Shown here: one piece after another, positions 1-11,351 of the stretch
Layout of the letters: every line of letters begins with the position of its first letter
Position numbering within the stretch: position 1 is the first letter of the stretch
DNA from: an uncultured Clostridia bacterium
GTDB lineage: Bacteria; Bacillota; Clostridia; TANB77; CAG-508
Assembly (NCBI GenBank): GCA_944393465.1
Contig: CALYAG010000003.1
Location: 40,404 to 104,403, forward strand
DNA: 64,000 nt
Direction: 5' to 3'
Notes under the pieces: generated by a model
Databases searched by the model: none
The model's input: the letters and a program-made list of their open reading frames with translations, nothing else
What the model was told of the DNA's origin: nothing
Made by a program: the position numbers and the translations under genes

Positions 1-284
1 TTATATACATTGTATCCCAAAAGTGAGGCTATTTCACGAATAGACACATATATTTTATCATTTTGAAACCAAAACAATTCATCAGAATAATCGCGTTGTC
101 TATTTCCATCTAAATTAAATTTAAACTGTGTAATAGATATATGCTGGCTGTATATCCAAATGACCGCCGCTGATATTATAAGTATTATTATAAGTGCAAT
201 AACAACAAAAAATACAATTTTTGTTCCCGATAATTTTTTAGAATTATTTTCTGGAATATTTTCCATTAAATCCATGTTTTTCAT
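1..284 (-). CDS. Partial CDS for a small hypothetical membrane-anchored protein; the 3' end runs off the window edge
   Basis: Hand translation from the ATG at 284-282 (or the second ATG at 275-273, which sits better behind the AAAGGA RBS) gives MKNMDLMENIPENNSKKLSGTKIVFFVVIALIIILIISAAVIWIY... with a clear TM helix and no stop before position 1. It is not in the supplied ORF track because it is incomplete. Confidence 0.35.
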   Translation of the reverse strand, partial: MKNMDLMENIPENNSKKLSGTKIVFFVVIALIIILIISAAVIWIYSQHISITQFKFNLDGNRQRDYSDELFWFQNDKIYVSIREIASLLGYNVY

Positions 285-298
285 CCTTTCATAATATG

Positions 299-1432
<1,134 letters not shown>

Positions 1433-1440
1433 TTAAATTT

Positions 1441-1544
1441 TTTTCAGTTGGGGACGGTCCTAAATCGAAAAAATTTTATTTTTTTTGAAGTTCGTCCCTA
1501 CTTTGAAAAATTTTTTCGATTTAGGACCGTCCCCAACTGAAAAT
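1441..1544. repeat. Palindromic dispersed repeat element (family 1): two inverted arms TTTTCAGTTGGGGACGGTCCTAAATCGAAAAA around a ~35-nt loop
   Basis: Arm 1441-1472 and its reverse complement at ~1510-1543. The same arms recur at 10 or more other loci in this window. Confidence 0.85.
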
Positions 1545-1546
1545 GT

Positions 1547-2572
1547 CTACAATATTAGCATTGCATCGCCAAAACTAAAGAATCTATATTTTTCTTTTAC
1601 AGCCTCTTTGTATGCTTTCATTATATAATCTTTTCCAGCTAAAGCTGAAACAAGCATTAGTAAAGTTGATTCAGGTAGATGGAAATTTGTAATTAATCCA
1701 TCTATACATTTAAATTTATATCCTGGATAAATATAAATTCCAGTATCTCCTTCACATGCTTTAACTAAACCTGTTTTTTCATCTGCTACAGTTTCTAGAG
1801 TTCTACAAGAGGTTGTGCCGACTGAAATAACTCTTTTTCCAGATTTTTTTGTTTCATTTATTTTATCTGCATCTTCCTGTTTTATATAATAATGCTCTGT
1901 ATGCATGTGGTGGTCTTCAATATTTTTCTCTTTTACTGGTCTAAATGTTCCTATTCCAACATGTAGAGTTACATTTGCTATTTTTACACCCTTTTCCTCT
2001 ATCTTTTTTAATAATTCTGGTGTAAAATGCAAACCAGCTGTAGGAGCTGCTGCTGAACCTTCATATTTTGCATAAACAGTTTGATATCTATCATTATCTT
2101 TTAAACTCTCGTGAATATATGGTGGAAGTGGCATAAGTCCTATTTGGTCAAGTATTTCATTAAATATTCCGTCATAGGTAAATTTAACTTTTCTTGTTCC
2201 ATCTGGTAAAGTTTCAAGTATTTCTGCTTTTAAAAGTCCATCACCAAATATAACTTTTGCTCCTACATGAAGCTTATTACCTGGTCTTACCATAGCCTCC
2301 CAAATATCACCTTCAATATTTTTAAGAAGTACAAATTCTACATTTGCTCCAGTTTCTTTTTTACCATAAAGTCTTGCTGGTATAACTTTTGTATTATTTC
2401 TTACTAAGCAATCACCTGGTTCTAAATAATCAATTATATCTTTAAAAATTTTATGCTCTATTGTTTGATTTTTTCTATTAAGCACCATTAATCTTGATTC
2501 ATCTCTATTTTTTATTGGTACTTGTGCTATTAGTTCTTCTGGTAGATCATAATAAAATTCTTTAAGTTCCAT
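1547..2572 (-). CDS. queA: S-adenosylmethionine:tRNA ribosyltransferase-isomerase
   Basis: 341 aa. N-terminus [31 protein letters not shown] is the canonical QueA start. Forms a queA-tgt operon. Confidence 0.9.
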   Translation of the reverse strand: MELKEFYYDLPEELIAQVPIKNRDESRLMVLNRKNQTIEHKIFKDIIDYLEPGDCLVRNNTKVIPARLYGKKETGANVEFVLLKNIEGDIWEAMVRPGNKLHVGAKVIFGDGLLKAEILETLPDGTRKVKFTYDGIFNEILDQIGLMPLPPYIHESLKDNDRYQTVYAKYEGSAAAPTAGLHFTPELLKKIEEKGVKIANVTLHVGIGTFRPVKEKNIEDHHMHTEHYYIKQEDADKINETKKSGKRVISVGTTSCRTLETVADEKTGLVKACEGDTGIYIYPGYKFKCIDGLITNFHLPESTLLMLVSALAGKDYIMKAYKEAVKEKYRFFSFGDAMLIL

Positions 2573-2654
2573 TAAAAAGCCTTCTTTCTATTTTCTCTTT
2601 TAGCTGTTTTTGGGAGGTATTTTTCAAAACATCCCAAAAACAACTATCCAAGTC

Positions 2655-5411
2655 CTATTTTCCTAAAACTTCTCTACATCTTGGGCATAATCCATCTTCT
2701 GTATGTTCATCATACATCCAGCATCTTTCACATTTTTCACCATCAGCATGTTCAACCTTGATGCCCATAGTTTCTTCTTTACGTTTGTTTTCTTCTATCT
2801 TTAAGCCCGAAACTATTAAAACTAATTTTATTAATTCTTCATTTTCTTTTAAGAACTTGTATTCATCACCTTCTGCATAAATTGTAACTTTTGCATCTAG
2901 TGAATTTCCAATTGTTTTATTTGCTCTTGCAAGTTCTAGTTCTTTTGAAGCTACATCTTTTAGTTTTATTATTTTATCCCATTTTGCAGATAATTCTTTA
3001 TTATCCCACTTATCATTTGGAGTTGGATAATCTGCAAGCATTGGGCTTTCTACATTTTCTTTTGCAGTATGCTTCATAGCTTTCCAAATTTCTTCTGCTG
3101 TAAATGAAGTCATTGGTGTTAATATTTTTACTAATGCGTCTAGGATATAGTACATTGTTGTTTGAGCTGCTCTTCTTTCTATTGAATCAGCTTTTGATGT
3201 ATATAATCTGTCTTTTATTATATCTAAGTAGAAACTACTCATATCTACAACACAGAATTGGTTTATATCGTGATAGCAATTTGCAAAATCATATTCATCA
3301 TAATCTTTTGTACAATCACGAATTAATTTGTTAAGTCTTGTTAATGCCCACTTGTCTATTTCCATTAAATCTTCATAAGCAACTGGATTCTCTGGGTCAT
3401 AGTCATTTGTATTTCCTAATATATATCTTGCTGTATTTCTTATTTTTCTATAAACATCTGAGATTCCTTTTAATATATCATCAGATAAATTTACGTCCAT
3501 TGAATAATCAGCTGAAAGTACCCAAAGTCTTAGTATGTCTGCGCCATATTTATTGCATACATCTATTGGAGATACACCATTTCCAAGGCTCTTAGACATT
3601 TTTCTTCCTTGTCCATCAGTTACAAATCCGTGAGTTAATACTTCTTTATATGGAGCTATTCCATTTGTTGCAACAGATGTAAGAAGTGATGATTGGAACC
3701 ATCCTCTATATTGGTCATTTCCTTCAAGATACATATCTGCTGGATAGCTTATTCCTCTTTCAACTAAAACTCCTTGATGTGTTGAACCTGAATCAAACCA
3801 AACGTCCATTATATCTGTTTCTTTTTTGAAATGTGTGCATCCACATTTAGCACATTTTGCGCCTTTTGGCATAAGCTCTGTTACTTCTTTTGCCCACCAT
3901 GCATTTGAGCCTTCTTTTCCAAATATATCTTGAATTTTCTTTATAGATTCTTTTGTAACATAAGGCTCTCCACATTCTTCACAATAGAATATTGGAAGTG
4001 GAACTCCCCATGTACGTTGTCTAGATATGCACCAGTCATTTCTGCCTTTTATCATTTCAGTCATTCTTTCTTCGCCCCATGCTGGATGCCATTTAACTGT
4101 TTTTATAGCTTTTAGAACTTCATCTCTAAAGCCATCTATTGATGCAAACCATTGTGGTGTTGCTCTGAATATGATAGGCTTTTTACATCTCCAGCAATGT
4201 GGATATGAGTGAACTAATTTAACTGCTTTTAATAAGTAACCATTTTCTTCAAGCCATTTTGTTATTTCTTTATTTGATTTTGCATAGTACATTCCTGCAA
4301 AAGGTCCTGCTTCTTCTGTTTGAACACCTTTGTCATTTACTGCAACTTTTATTTCAAGACCATCTTTTAGGCTTTGTAAATAGTCTTCTTTACCATATCC
4401 AGGTGCAGTGTGAACAGCTCCAGTACCTTCTTCTAATGTAACATTAACTCCGTCTTCTCCGCCTAAAACTACTACTGAATTTCTTTCTAGGAATGGATGT
4501 CTACACCCTACTCCTTTTAAATCTTCACCTTTAAATGTTTTTAAAACTTCGTAATCTTCTATTTCAGCAAGTTTCATAACTTTTTCAACTAAGTCACTTG
4601 CCATAACTAAGTTTCCAACATTTGTTTTTACTAAACTATATTCAAAATCTGGTCCTACTGTGATTGCAACATTTCCAGGTAATGTCCAAGGAGTAGTTGT
4701 CCAAATTACTATATAAGTATTTTCATCATCTAATATTCCTTTTCCATCAACAACTGGGAATTTAACATATATAGAAGTTGCTTCATCATCTTTGTATTCA
4801 ATTTCTGCTTCAGCTAATGCTGTTTCACAATCAGTACACCAATAAACTGGTTTTAATCCTTTATATATATATCCTTTTTGATACATATCTCCGAATACGC
4901 CAATTTGTCTAGCTTCCATTTTAGGGTCATAAGTAATATATGGATGCTCCCAATCTCCTAGAACTCCTAAACGTTTGAATCCTTCTGTTTGAATATCTTT
5001 ATATTTTCTAGTAAAATCTTGGCAAGTATCTCTAAATTGTGTAACAGGAATTTTACTTCTGTCTAGTCCTAATTTTTCAATAGCTTTCTTTTCAGTTGGC
5101 ATACCATGAGTATCATAACCAGGTACATATGGTGAATAATAGCCTTTCATTGACTTGTATCTAACAATAGTATCTTTTAGAATTTTATTTAGAGCATGTC
5201 CTGCATGTATTTCTCCATTTGCATATGGAGGTCCATCGTGAAGTACAAAGCTTGGATGACCTTCATTCTTCTTTAAAACTTTTTCATACAAACCGTTTTC
5301 AAAAACATTTTCTAATATACCTGGTTCTTTTTCAGGTAAATTTCCTCTCATAGGAAAATCTGTTTTTGGTAAGTTAAGTGTTTGACTGTAGTCTTTCTTT
5401 TCTTTTTCCAT
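2655..5411 (-). CDS. ileS: Isoleucine--tRNA ligase
   Basis: 918 aa, class I aaRS with HIGH-like PPYANGEIHAGH, KMSKS, and a C-terminal zinc-finger CxxC...CxxC. Preceded by a T-box leader. Confidence 0.95.
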   Translation of the reverse strand: MEKEKKDYSQTLNLPKTDFPMRGNLPEKEPGILENVFENGLYEKVLKKNEGHPSFVLHDGPPYANGEIHAGHALNKILKDTIVRYKSMKGYYSPYVPGYDTHGMPTEKKAIEKLGLDRSKIPVTQFRDTCQDFTRKYKDIQTEGFKRLGVLGDWEHPYITYDPKMEARQIGVFGDMYQKGYIYKGLKPVYWCTDCETALAEAEIEYKDDEATSIYVKFPVVDGKGILDDENTYIVIWTTTPWTLPGNVAITVGPDFEYSLVKTNVGNLVMASDLVEKVMKLAEIEDYEVLKTFKGEDLKGVGCRHPFLERNSVVVLGGEDGVNVTLEEGTGAVHTAPGYGKEDYLQSLKDGLEIKVAVNDKGVQTEEAGPFAGMYYAKSNKEITKWLEENGYLLKAVKLVHSYPHCWRCKKPIIFRATPQWFASIDGFRDEVLKAIKTVKWHPAWGEERMTEMIKGRNDWCISRQRTWGVPLPIFYCEECGEPYVTKESIKKIQDIFGKEGSNAWWAKEVTELMPKGAKCAKCGCTHFKKETDIMDVWFDSGSTHQGVLVERGISYPADMYLEGNDQYRGWFQSSLLTSVATNGIAPYKEVLTHGFVTDGQGRKMSKSLGNGVSPIDVCNKYGADILRLWVLSADYSMDVNLSDDILKGISDVYRKIRNTARYILGNTNDYDPENPVAYEDLMEIDKWALTRLNKLIRDCTKDYDEYDFANCYHDINQFCVVDMSSFYLDIIKDRLYTSKADSIERRAAQTTMYYILDALVKILTPMTSFTAEEIWKAMKHTAKENVESPMLADYPTPNDKWDNKELSAKWDKIIKLKDVASKELELARANKTIGNSLDAKVTIYAEGDEYKFLKENEELIKLVLIVSGLKIEENKRKEETMGIKVEHADGEKCERCWMYDEHTEDGLCPRCREVLGK

Positions 5412-5458
5412 AATTTTACCTCCTTGAATTTTGGGTGGTGCTCTGCCTTTTTTCTGCT

Positions 5459-5628
5459 TTTTTCAGTTGGGGACGGTCCTAAATCGAAAAAATGTCGATT
5501 GGGACGGTTCTGTCAATTGGGACGGTTCTATTTGACACAAACCCAAACGTGATTTTTTTACGAAAAGGTCCGTCACTAACAGAAAATTTTTTCGATTTAG
5601 GACCGTCCCCAACTGAAAAAATTTTCGA
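5459..5628. repeat. Palindromic dispersed repeat element (family 1 arms with internal family-2-like GGGACGGTTCT sub-repeats)
   Basis: Arm at 5461-5493, its inverted partner at ~5588-5625, and internal tandem gggacggttctgtcaattgggacggttctatttgaca. It lies between the T-box terminator and the ileS start codon. Confidence 0.85.
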
Positions 5629-5629
5629 A

Positions 5630-5940
5630 CCAAAAAAGACCCCATCCTTTTAGGACGAAGTCTTTCCGCGGTACCACCTAATTTAAAAGAATTTATATTA
5701 TTTCTTATTCTTTTCTCTCTAATATCTTTAACGCAGATTTACGGCTTAAACTAATAACAACCGCTTTCGTCTAAGCAACATATAAGTGATAATAAATAAA
5801 TAGTTTCTTACTAGCATCTCACCACCACTAGCTCTCTAAAAAGGCTTGTTTATTTACCGTGTCTTATATATAGTTTTTATATATGATATGACTATTTTAC
5901 AACGTTTTATGTAAAAAAGTCAAGGTTTTTCTGTAAATCT
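5630..5940 (-). promoter_or_regulatory. T-box riboswitch leader (tRNA-Ile responsive) controlling ileS
   Basis: The minus strand reads AAATTAGGTGGTACCGCGGAAAG (coords 5666-5684), the conserved T-box antiterminator motif. An AGAGAG / AGUGG stem-I-like segment lies upstream, a candidate TTGACT-N18-TAAAAT promoter near 5925-5895, and a terminator-like hairpin plus U-run at ~5630-5660. Confidence 0.75.
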
Positions 5941-5973
5941 AATTCATATTTTAAATTTACTTTTTGTCTTTTT

Positions 5974-6399
5974 CTATATTTTCCACATTTTCATTTCACT
6001 CATACCAGCAGGAATTGAAATTAAACTTCTTACTATTGGTATGAATCTACAAATAAATACAGTTTTTTGCCCTTTTGTATCAAACCATTTATCTGCTTTT
6101 TCTATATCTGATTTCTTTAATCTAAGAACTTTGCCTATTTTCCCAGATATTATTCTTTCTAATCTCTCTTTATTTAAAATTTTACCAATTAGATATAGTA
6201 CAATCGCTCCAATAGTTGAACCTAATGTCGCTGCGATTATTACTCCAACCACATTTAGTGCAGTTTTTGTTGTCATGAACCCACCAAAAGCTAATATTAC
6301 TTCTGATGGAATCGGTGGAAATATATTTTCTATTGCTATAAGTGCCCCTACTCCTAAATATCCCCACTGCTCTATTATTTGTATTATAATTTCTTGCAT
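5974..6399 (-). CDS. DedA/SNARE-associated family membrane protein, apparently C-terminally truncated (141 aa vs ~200 aa typical)
   Basis: The DedA signature G.LG..IE..FPPIPSE....GG and the RFIP..R.....PAG segment are present. The ORF stops right after PAGMSEMKMWKI, so the last ~2 TM helices are missing. The ileS T-box promoter follows immediately. Confidence 0.6.
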   Translation of the reverse strand: MQEIIIQIIEQWGYLGVGALIAIENIFPPIPSEVILAFGGFMTTKTALNVVGVIIAATLGSTIGAIVLYLIGKILNKERLERIISGKIGKVLRLKKSDIEKADKWFDTKGQKTVFICRFIPIVRSLISIPAGMSEMKMWKI

Positions 6400-6572
6400 T
6401 TCTATGTTTTAGTATATTTTATATACATTCTCCTTTTTTATTTAGATTTTTAGGCTAAATCTATAAAACCTCTTTTTTATTTCGTTAATATCTACAACGT
6501 TATATAGTAATATTCATAATTATAATTCAAATTTCATAGAATTACAACTCTTATTTATCCTCATAACCTGGC

Positions 6573-7877
6573 TTATTTATCTTCATACCCTGGTTTTTTC
6601 AATAATTTAAACATATTTGTTTTATATTTTTCTACACCTGGTTGATTAAATGGATTTACTTCTAAAAGCTCTGCTGACATAGCACATGCTTTTTCAAAGA
6701 AATATATAAGTTGTCCTACTGTTTCCTCATTAAGTTCATCTATATGAACAATTATGTTTGGCACTTCGCCTTCTGAATGTGCTTTTATTGTTCCTTGCAT
6801 TGCCATTTTGTTTACATAGCTCAATTTTTTGCCATACAAATAATTCAAATTATCTAAGTTGTCTTCATCCATATTTATGGTAATATCCGTGTTTGATTTT
6901 TCAATATCTAAAACTGTTTCAAATAATATTTTTCTTCCTTCTTGTATATATTGTCCTAATGAATGTAAGTCAGTTGTAAATTCTGCTCCTGCTGGAAATA
7001 GTCCTTTTCCATCCTTTCCTTCACTTTCACCAAATAGTTGCTTCCACCACTCTATAAAATAATGCATTCTTGGATTATATGAAACTAGCATTTCTACTGA
7101 TTTATCTCTTTCATATAATAAATTTCTTGCAACTGCATATTGATAGCATTGATTATATTCAAGTGAACTATCTGAATATTTATCCATTGCAAATCTAGCA
7201 CCTTCCATGATTTTATCTATGTCTAATCCACTTGCTGCAATTGGTAAAAGACCTACTGCTGTAAGAACTGAGAATCTTCCTCCTACATCATCTGGTATTA
7301 CAAAACTTTCATAGCCTTCAGCTTCTGATAATTGTTTTAATGCTCCCTTTTTCTTATCAGTTGTTACATATATTCTTTTTCTAGCTTCTTTGATTCCATA
7401 TTTTCCTTCTAGAATTTCTCTAAAAATTCTAAAAGCAATAGCTGGTTCTGTGGTAGTTCCTGATTTAGATATTACATTAATACTAAAGTCTTTTCCTTCT
7501 AGTACTTCTATAACATCATTTATGTAATCTGGGCTTAGGTTATTTCCAACAAATATAATATGTGGTTTATCATCTTTCATTTGTGAAAATGAACTATGTA
7601 ATGCTTCAATAACAGCCCTAGCTCCTAAGTATGAGCCACCAATTCCTATAACTAATAAAATATCTGAATCTTTTCTAATTTTTTGAGCACATTTTTTAAT
7701 TCTTTCAAACTCTTTTTTATCATATTCAGTTGGTAGTTTAAGCCAACCTAAAAATTCGCTTTCATCTTCAGATTTGTCTAGTAGTTCTTGATTTATTTCT
7801 TCTACAACACCTGCATGTTCTAATATTTCTTCCATTTTAACTTTTGATTCTTTAAAATCCAATTTAATATTTGCCAT
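6573..7877 (-). CDS. pgi: Glucose-6-phosphate isomerase
   Basis: 434 aa Firmicute-type PGI with GIGGSYLG and the SKSGTT.E conserved motifs. Confidence 0.9.
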   Translation of the reverse strand: MANIKLDFKESKVKMEEILEHAGVVEEINQELLDKSEDESEFLGWLKLPTEYDKKEFERIKKCAQKIRKDSDILLVIGIGGSYLGARAVIEALHSSFSQMKDDKPHIIFVGNNLSPDYINDVIEVLEGKDFSINVISKSGTTTEPAIAFRIFREILEGKYGIKEARKRIYVTTDKKKGALKQLSEAEGYESFVIPDDVGGRFSVLTAVGLLPIAASGLDIDKIMEGARFAMDKYSDSSLEYNQCYQYAVARNLLYERDKSVEMLVSYNPRMHYFIEWWKQLFGESEGKDGKGLFPAGAEFTTDLHSLGQYIQEGRKILFETVLDIEKSNTDITINMDEDNLDNLNYLYGKKLSYVNKMAMQGTIKAHSEGEVPNIIVHIDELNEETVGQLIYFFEKACAMSAELLEVNPFNQPGVEKYKTNMFKLLKKPGYEDK

Positions 7878-7962
7878 TAGATTCCTCCTTTGATTTTTTA
7901 ATTATTTTATTATACTTTAAAATTAGTTGCAAGAGTTTTTTGAATTTTTTCAGTTTGTATTT

Positions 7963-8066
7963 TTTCAGTTGGGGACGGTCCTAAATCGAAAAAGATTTCA
8001 TGTAGTAACGAACTTTAAATAAAAATTATATTTTTTTCGATTTAGGACCGTCCCCAACTGAAAAAA
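7963..8066. repeat. Palindromic dispersed repeat element (family 1)
   Basis: Inverted arms at 7963-7994 and 8033-8066 around a 38-nt loop. Lies between the pgi start and the spoIIP stop. Confidence 0.85.
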
Positions 8067-9359
8067 TTACATCTCTTCAAGTATTCTTGCCAAATACTTC
8101 ATTGCTCCCATACTTTCTTCTAAGGTATTACCAGTTGAGCCAACTTCTATTATGCAGGCTGCTTTTGCAACATGCTGGTTGTATTCTGAGTTTCTTAATA
8201 TTATTGGCTTGAAAAGCCCTGGGTATAATTCATTTGCTTTTTGCTGAACTTTTATTGCAAATTTTAAGTTTTGTAGCCAATTTGTATGTGCTGAGTTTGA
8301 GCCATCGGTTCCCATTACAAACATAAGTTGTGATACATATTCATCACCTATTTTTACTTTTGGAGCATATGTTTCATCTGCTATAGCATCTCTATGTAAG
8401 TCTATAACAATGTCTGTATCAGGGTTTGCACTAAGTATGTTTTGGGCAGTCACAAGTGACCTAGAATATGAGCCGTTGTATGCAGGGTAATCATGGTATG
8501 TTTTATCATGTATGACCGTACAGCCATAACTATTTAAGCAACTTTCTAACACATCGCCTACTCTTGATACAGAAAAATTCAAATCTGTTGTTCTGAAATT
8601 TCCACTTGCCGTGTATTGGTATTGTTCTGTAGGTGTGTAGCTTTCGCAAGTATGTGTGTGATAAATTGCAACTTTGCTTTTGTTTACTTCTACATCTGGT
8701 GTAAGCATTTCTTGAGTTAAAGTGTATTTTGTACTGTTATTAATAAGCACTCCATTATATTCATCTGTATATCTAGGATTTACTCCACTATTATCTACTT
8801 CTGTTACTGTCCAGTCTTTGTTTATGCCTATAGATTGCAATACATCACCATTTTGTGTAGTTAAACCTGAATTTTCTCCATTTGCTGAATTCCCAGCATT
8901 TGATGAAATTTCTTGCCCACCTTCACCTTGACCATTATTTTCATTGTTGCTTGTTTCATTAGATGTTTCATTTGAACTATCTTTTATAGAGTCTAAAACT
9001 TCAAGTTCTGACGAGAAAGCAATTTGCACACTACTAACTTTTGTAGCTTGATCCGTTTGTTTATTTATTGCAATTTGTGGTAACATATCATCTATGCAAA
9101 ATAGCCATGCTTGCGATTTTTTTTCATTTTTCTCGCCATTTATTTCTCCGCCTTCTTCATTATTATTTTCCTCATTGGACTGTGTAACTGTTTTTTCATC
9201 GGTACTATTGCTTAATTCTGCATTTGAATTAACATCAGCACTAGATTTATTCTTTTCTCCAATCTTTAAAAATTTTACAACTAAAGCTACAGCCGTTAGC
9301 ACTATCAAAATCTTTATTAAATATTTAATTAAATCTTTTACTTTGAATACTTTTATCAT
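8067..9359 (-). CDS. spoIIP: Stage II sporulation protein P (SpoIIP-family cell-wall amidase/endopeptidase)
   Basis: 430 aa with an N-terminal TM helix and an N/S/E-rich low-complexity linker. The C-terminal domain carries the AIYHTHT.ESY...DLHRDA motifs characteristic of SpoIIP. Confidence 0.7.
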   Translation of the reverse strand: MIKVFKVKDLIKYLIKILIVLTAVALVVKFLKIGEKNKSSADVNSNAELSNSTDEKTVTQSNEENNNEEGGEINGEKNEKKSQAWLFCIDDMLPQIAINKQTDQATKVSSVQIAFSSELEVLDSIKDSSNETSNETSNNENNGQGEGGQEISSNAGNSANGENSGLTTQNGDVLQSIGINKDWTVTEVDNSGVNPRYTDEYNGVLINNSTKYTLTQEMLTPDVEVNKSKVAIYHTHTCESYTPTEQYQYTASGNFRTTDLNFSVSRVGDVLESCLNSYGCTVIHDKTYHDYPAYNGSYSRSLVTAQNILSANPDTDIVIDLHRDAIADETYAPKVKIGDEYVSQLMFVMGTDGSNSAHTNWLQNLKFAIKVQQKANELYPGLFKPIILRNSEYNQHVAKAACIIEVGSTGNTLEESMGAMKYLARILEEM

Positions 9360-9596
9360 AATAAAAATTATATTCTTTTTACATTAATTTTATGTTATTT
9401 ATTAAGTTTTTAAAATTAAAAATGGTCAAGCTTATTTTAGGAAGTGTTCTCAAAAAAATCCAAAAGCATGACAACTTTTAAAAAAACTGCATAAATTTTC
9501 AAATAAAGGAAATTCTAATATAAAATTGCGAATTATTTTTACATTAAAATTCACACGTTTTTAAGAAAAATATTAAAAATTATTAAGTGAGGAATT

Positions 9597-11279
9597 ATGA
9601 AGTTTATTAAGAAATTGAAAGAATTTTTTAATTCTCTAACTCAAAATGATGAAAGCTATGACTTTAGCATTTCTAAAGAAACACCAAGTGAGTCACAGCC
9701 AGAAGATTTGCTAAAAAATCAAAGCATTTATCCAAGTCTTGATGTTAATTTAGAGTACATTAAGGCAAGATACAATGTTTTGATTAATTCTGATATAAAA
9801 ATAAGAGAATTTATGTTAAACGCTAAAGGCAAGCAATTTAAGGCATTTCTTTTATATATTGATGGTTTAGTTGACACAACTTCTATAAATGATTTTATAT
9901 TAAATCCTCTTATGCTTAAAAATTTTTCAAATCAAAATAACGACCCTCAAATTGTATCAGAAGCTATTACTACAAATATTAGTGTTAGAAAAGTTAAAAG
10001 ATTTAATATAACAGATTATATTTATGAATGTTTGCTTCCTCAAAATAGTGTAAAAAAAATCTCATCTTTTGATGAATTAGTTCAAAATGTAAATTCTGGC
10101 GATTGTGCATTATTTGTTGATACTATCAATTTTGCTTTTGATATAGATATAAAAAAATTCGCTCAAAGAAGTATTTCTGAGCCAAAAAATGAACCTGTAG
10201 TTAGAGGTTCACAAGAAGCATTTGTTGAAAATTTAAGGACTAACACTTCTTTAATTAGAAGAAATATAAATAATGAAAATTTGATTATTGAAAATATTAC
10301 AATTGGAAAAACAAATAAAAATAACTGTGCTGTTTGCTATATTAAAGATATTGCAAATTCTAGCTTAATTTCCGAAACAAAATATAGATTAAATAACCTT
10401 GATGTTGATTATGTTCTTTCTAGTAGTGAACTCATTCAGCTTATTAAAGATGACCCTGAAACTACTTTACCTGAAATAATGACTACTGAAAGAGCAGATA
10501 AAGCTTGCTCATATTTATTACAAGGTAGAGTGATTATCATTTATAATGGTTCACCTTATGCACTTATACTTCCCATTACGCTTTTTGATTTTATATCGTC
10601 TGGGGAAGATGTTAATTTAAACTATCATTTTGCAAATTTACTAAAAATTATTAGAGGAATTGCCTTTTTTATAACTTTACTTTTGCCTGGACTTTATTTG
10701 GCAATAACAATCTATCATAGAGAACTTTTGCCTACTGAATTATTATATTCAATTGTAGCATCCCGTGTAAACGTTCCTTTTCCTATTTTAGTAGAAATTC
10801 TTATAATGGAACTTTCTTTTGAATTAATAAGAGAAGCTGGCCTTAGAGTTCCTTCTCCTCTTGGTTCAACTGTTGGTATTGTTGGTGCTCTGGTTTTAGG
10901 AGAAGCTGCAGTTTCAGCAAGTATTGTTTCTCCAATATTAATAATTATAATTGCAATTACAGCAATTTCATCATTTGCCATACCGGATTTTTCACTTGGC
11001 TTTCACTTAAGAATTGCAAGATTTGCTTATACACTTCTAGGTTCTCTTTGTGGATTCTTAGGAATTGGTGTTGGCTTATTTATACACTTAATTACACTAT
11101 GTTCTCTAAAATCTTTTGGAGTGCCTTACCTTTCTCCATATATGCCTAAGACAAATATTAGAAATAATAGCTATTTACTAAAACCAGTATGGAAAAGAGA
11201 AAAAAGGTCTGACTTTTTAAATACAAAAAGAACTACAGTTCAAGATAATATAAGTATGAAGTGGAGAGAGAAAAATTAA
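9597..11279 (+). CDS. Spore germination receptor A subunit (GerA/GerKA family)
   Basis: 560 aa. The N-terminal soluble domain and C-terminal 4-5 TM helices match the GerAA/GerKA architecture. First gene of a three-gene operon. Confidence 0.85.
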   Translation: MKFIKKLKEFFNSLTQNDESYDFSISKETPSESQPEDLLKNQSIYPSLDVNLEYIKARYNVLINSDIKIREFMLNAKGKQFKAFLLYIDGLVDTTSINDFILNPLMLKNFSNQNNDPQIVSEAITTNISVRKVKRFNITDYIYECLLPQNSVKKISSFDELVQNVNSGDCALFVDTINFAFDIDIKKFAQRSISEPKNEPVVRGSQEAFVENLRTNTSLIRRNINNENLIIENITIGKTNKNNCAVCYIKDIANSSLISETKYRLNNLDVDYVLSSSELIQLIKDDPETTLPEIMTTERADKACSYLLQGRVIIIYNGSPYALILPITLFDFISSGEDVNLNYHFANLLKIIRGIAFFITLLLPGLYLAITIYHRELLPTELLYSIVASRVNVPFPILVEILIMELSFELIREAGLRVPSPLGSTVGIVGALVLGEAAVSASIVSPILIIIIAITAISSFAIPDFSLGFHLRIARFAYTLLGSLCGFLGIGVGLFIHLITLCSLKSFGVPYLSPYMPKTNIRNNSYLLKPVWKREKRSDFLNTKRTTVQDNISMKWREKN

Positions 11280-11351
11280 TATTATTTTCGAAAATTATAT
11301 GCTTAAAAATTATTTAAAAAAAGCAAATATTAAGAAAGGAGTTAATATTTT

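Noticed and set aside
2891-4441. Multiple 60-85-aa plus-strand ORFs inside ileS, and similar antisense ORFs within most minus-strand genes
   Set aside because: Leu/Phe/Ile-rich translations of the AT-rich antisense strand are typical of low-GC genomes. They have no RBS and lie fully embedded in well-supported genes.
8067-9359. SpoIIP alternatively called a SpoIID/LytB-type protein or generic amidase
   Set aside because: The IYHTHT.ESY and DLHRDA motifs plus the TM and low-complexity linker fit SpoIIP better. The SpoIID signature was not seen. The SpoIIP call is kept at moderate confidence.
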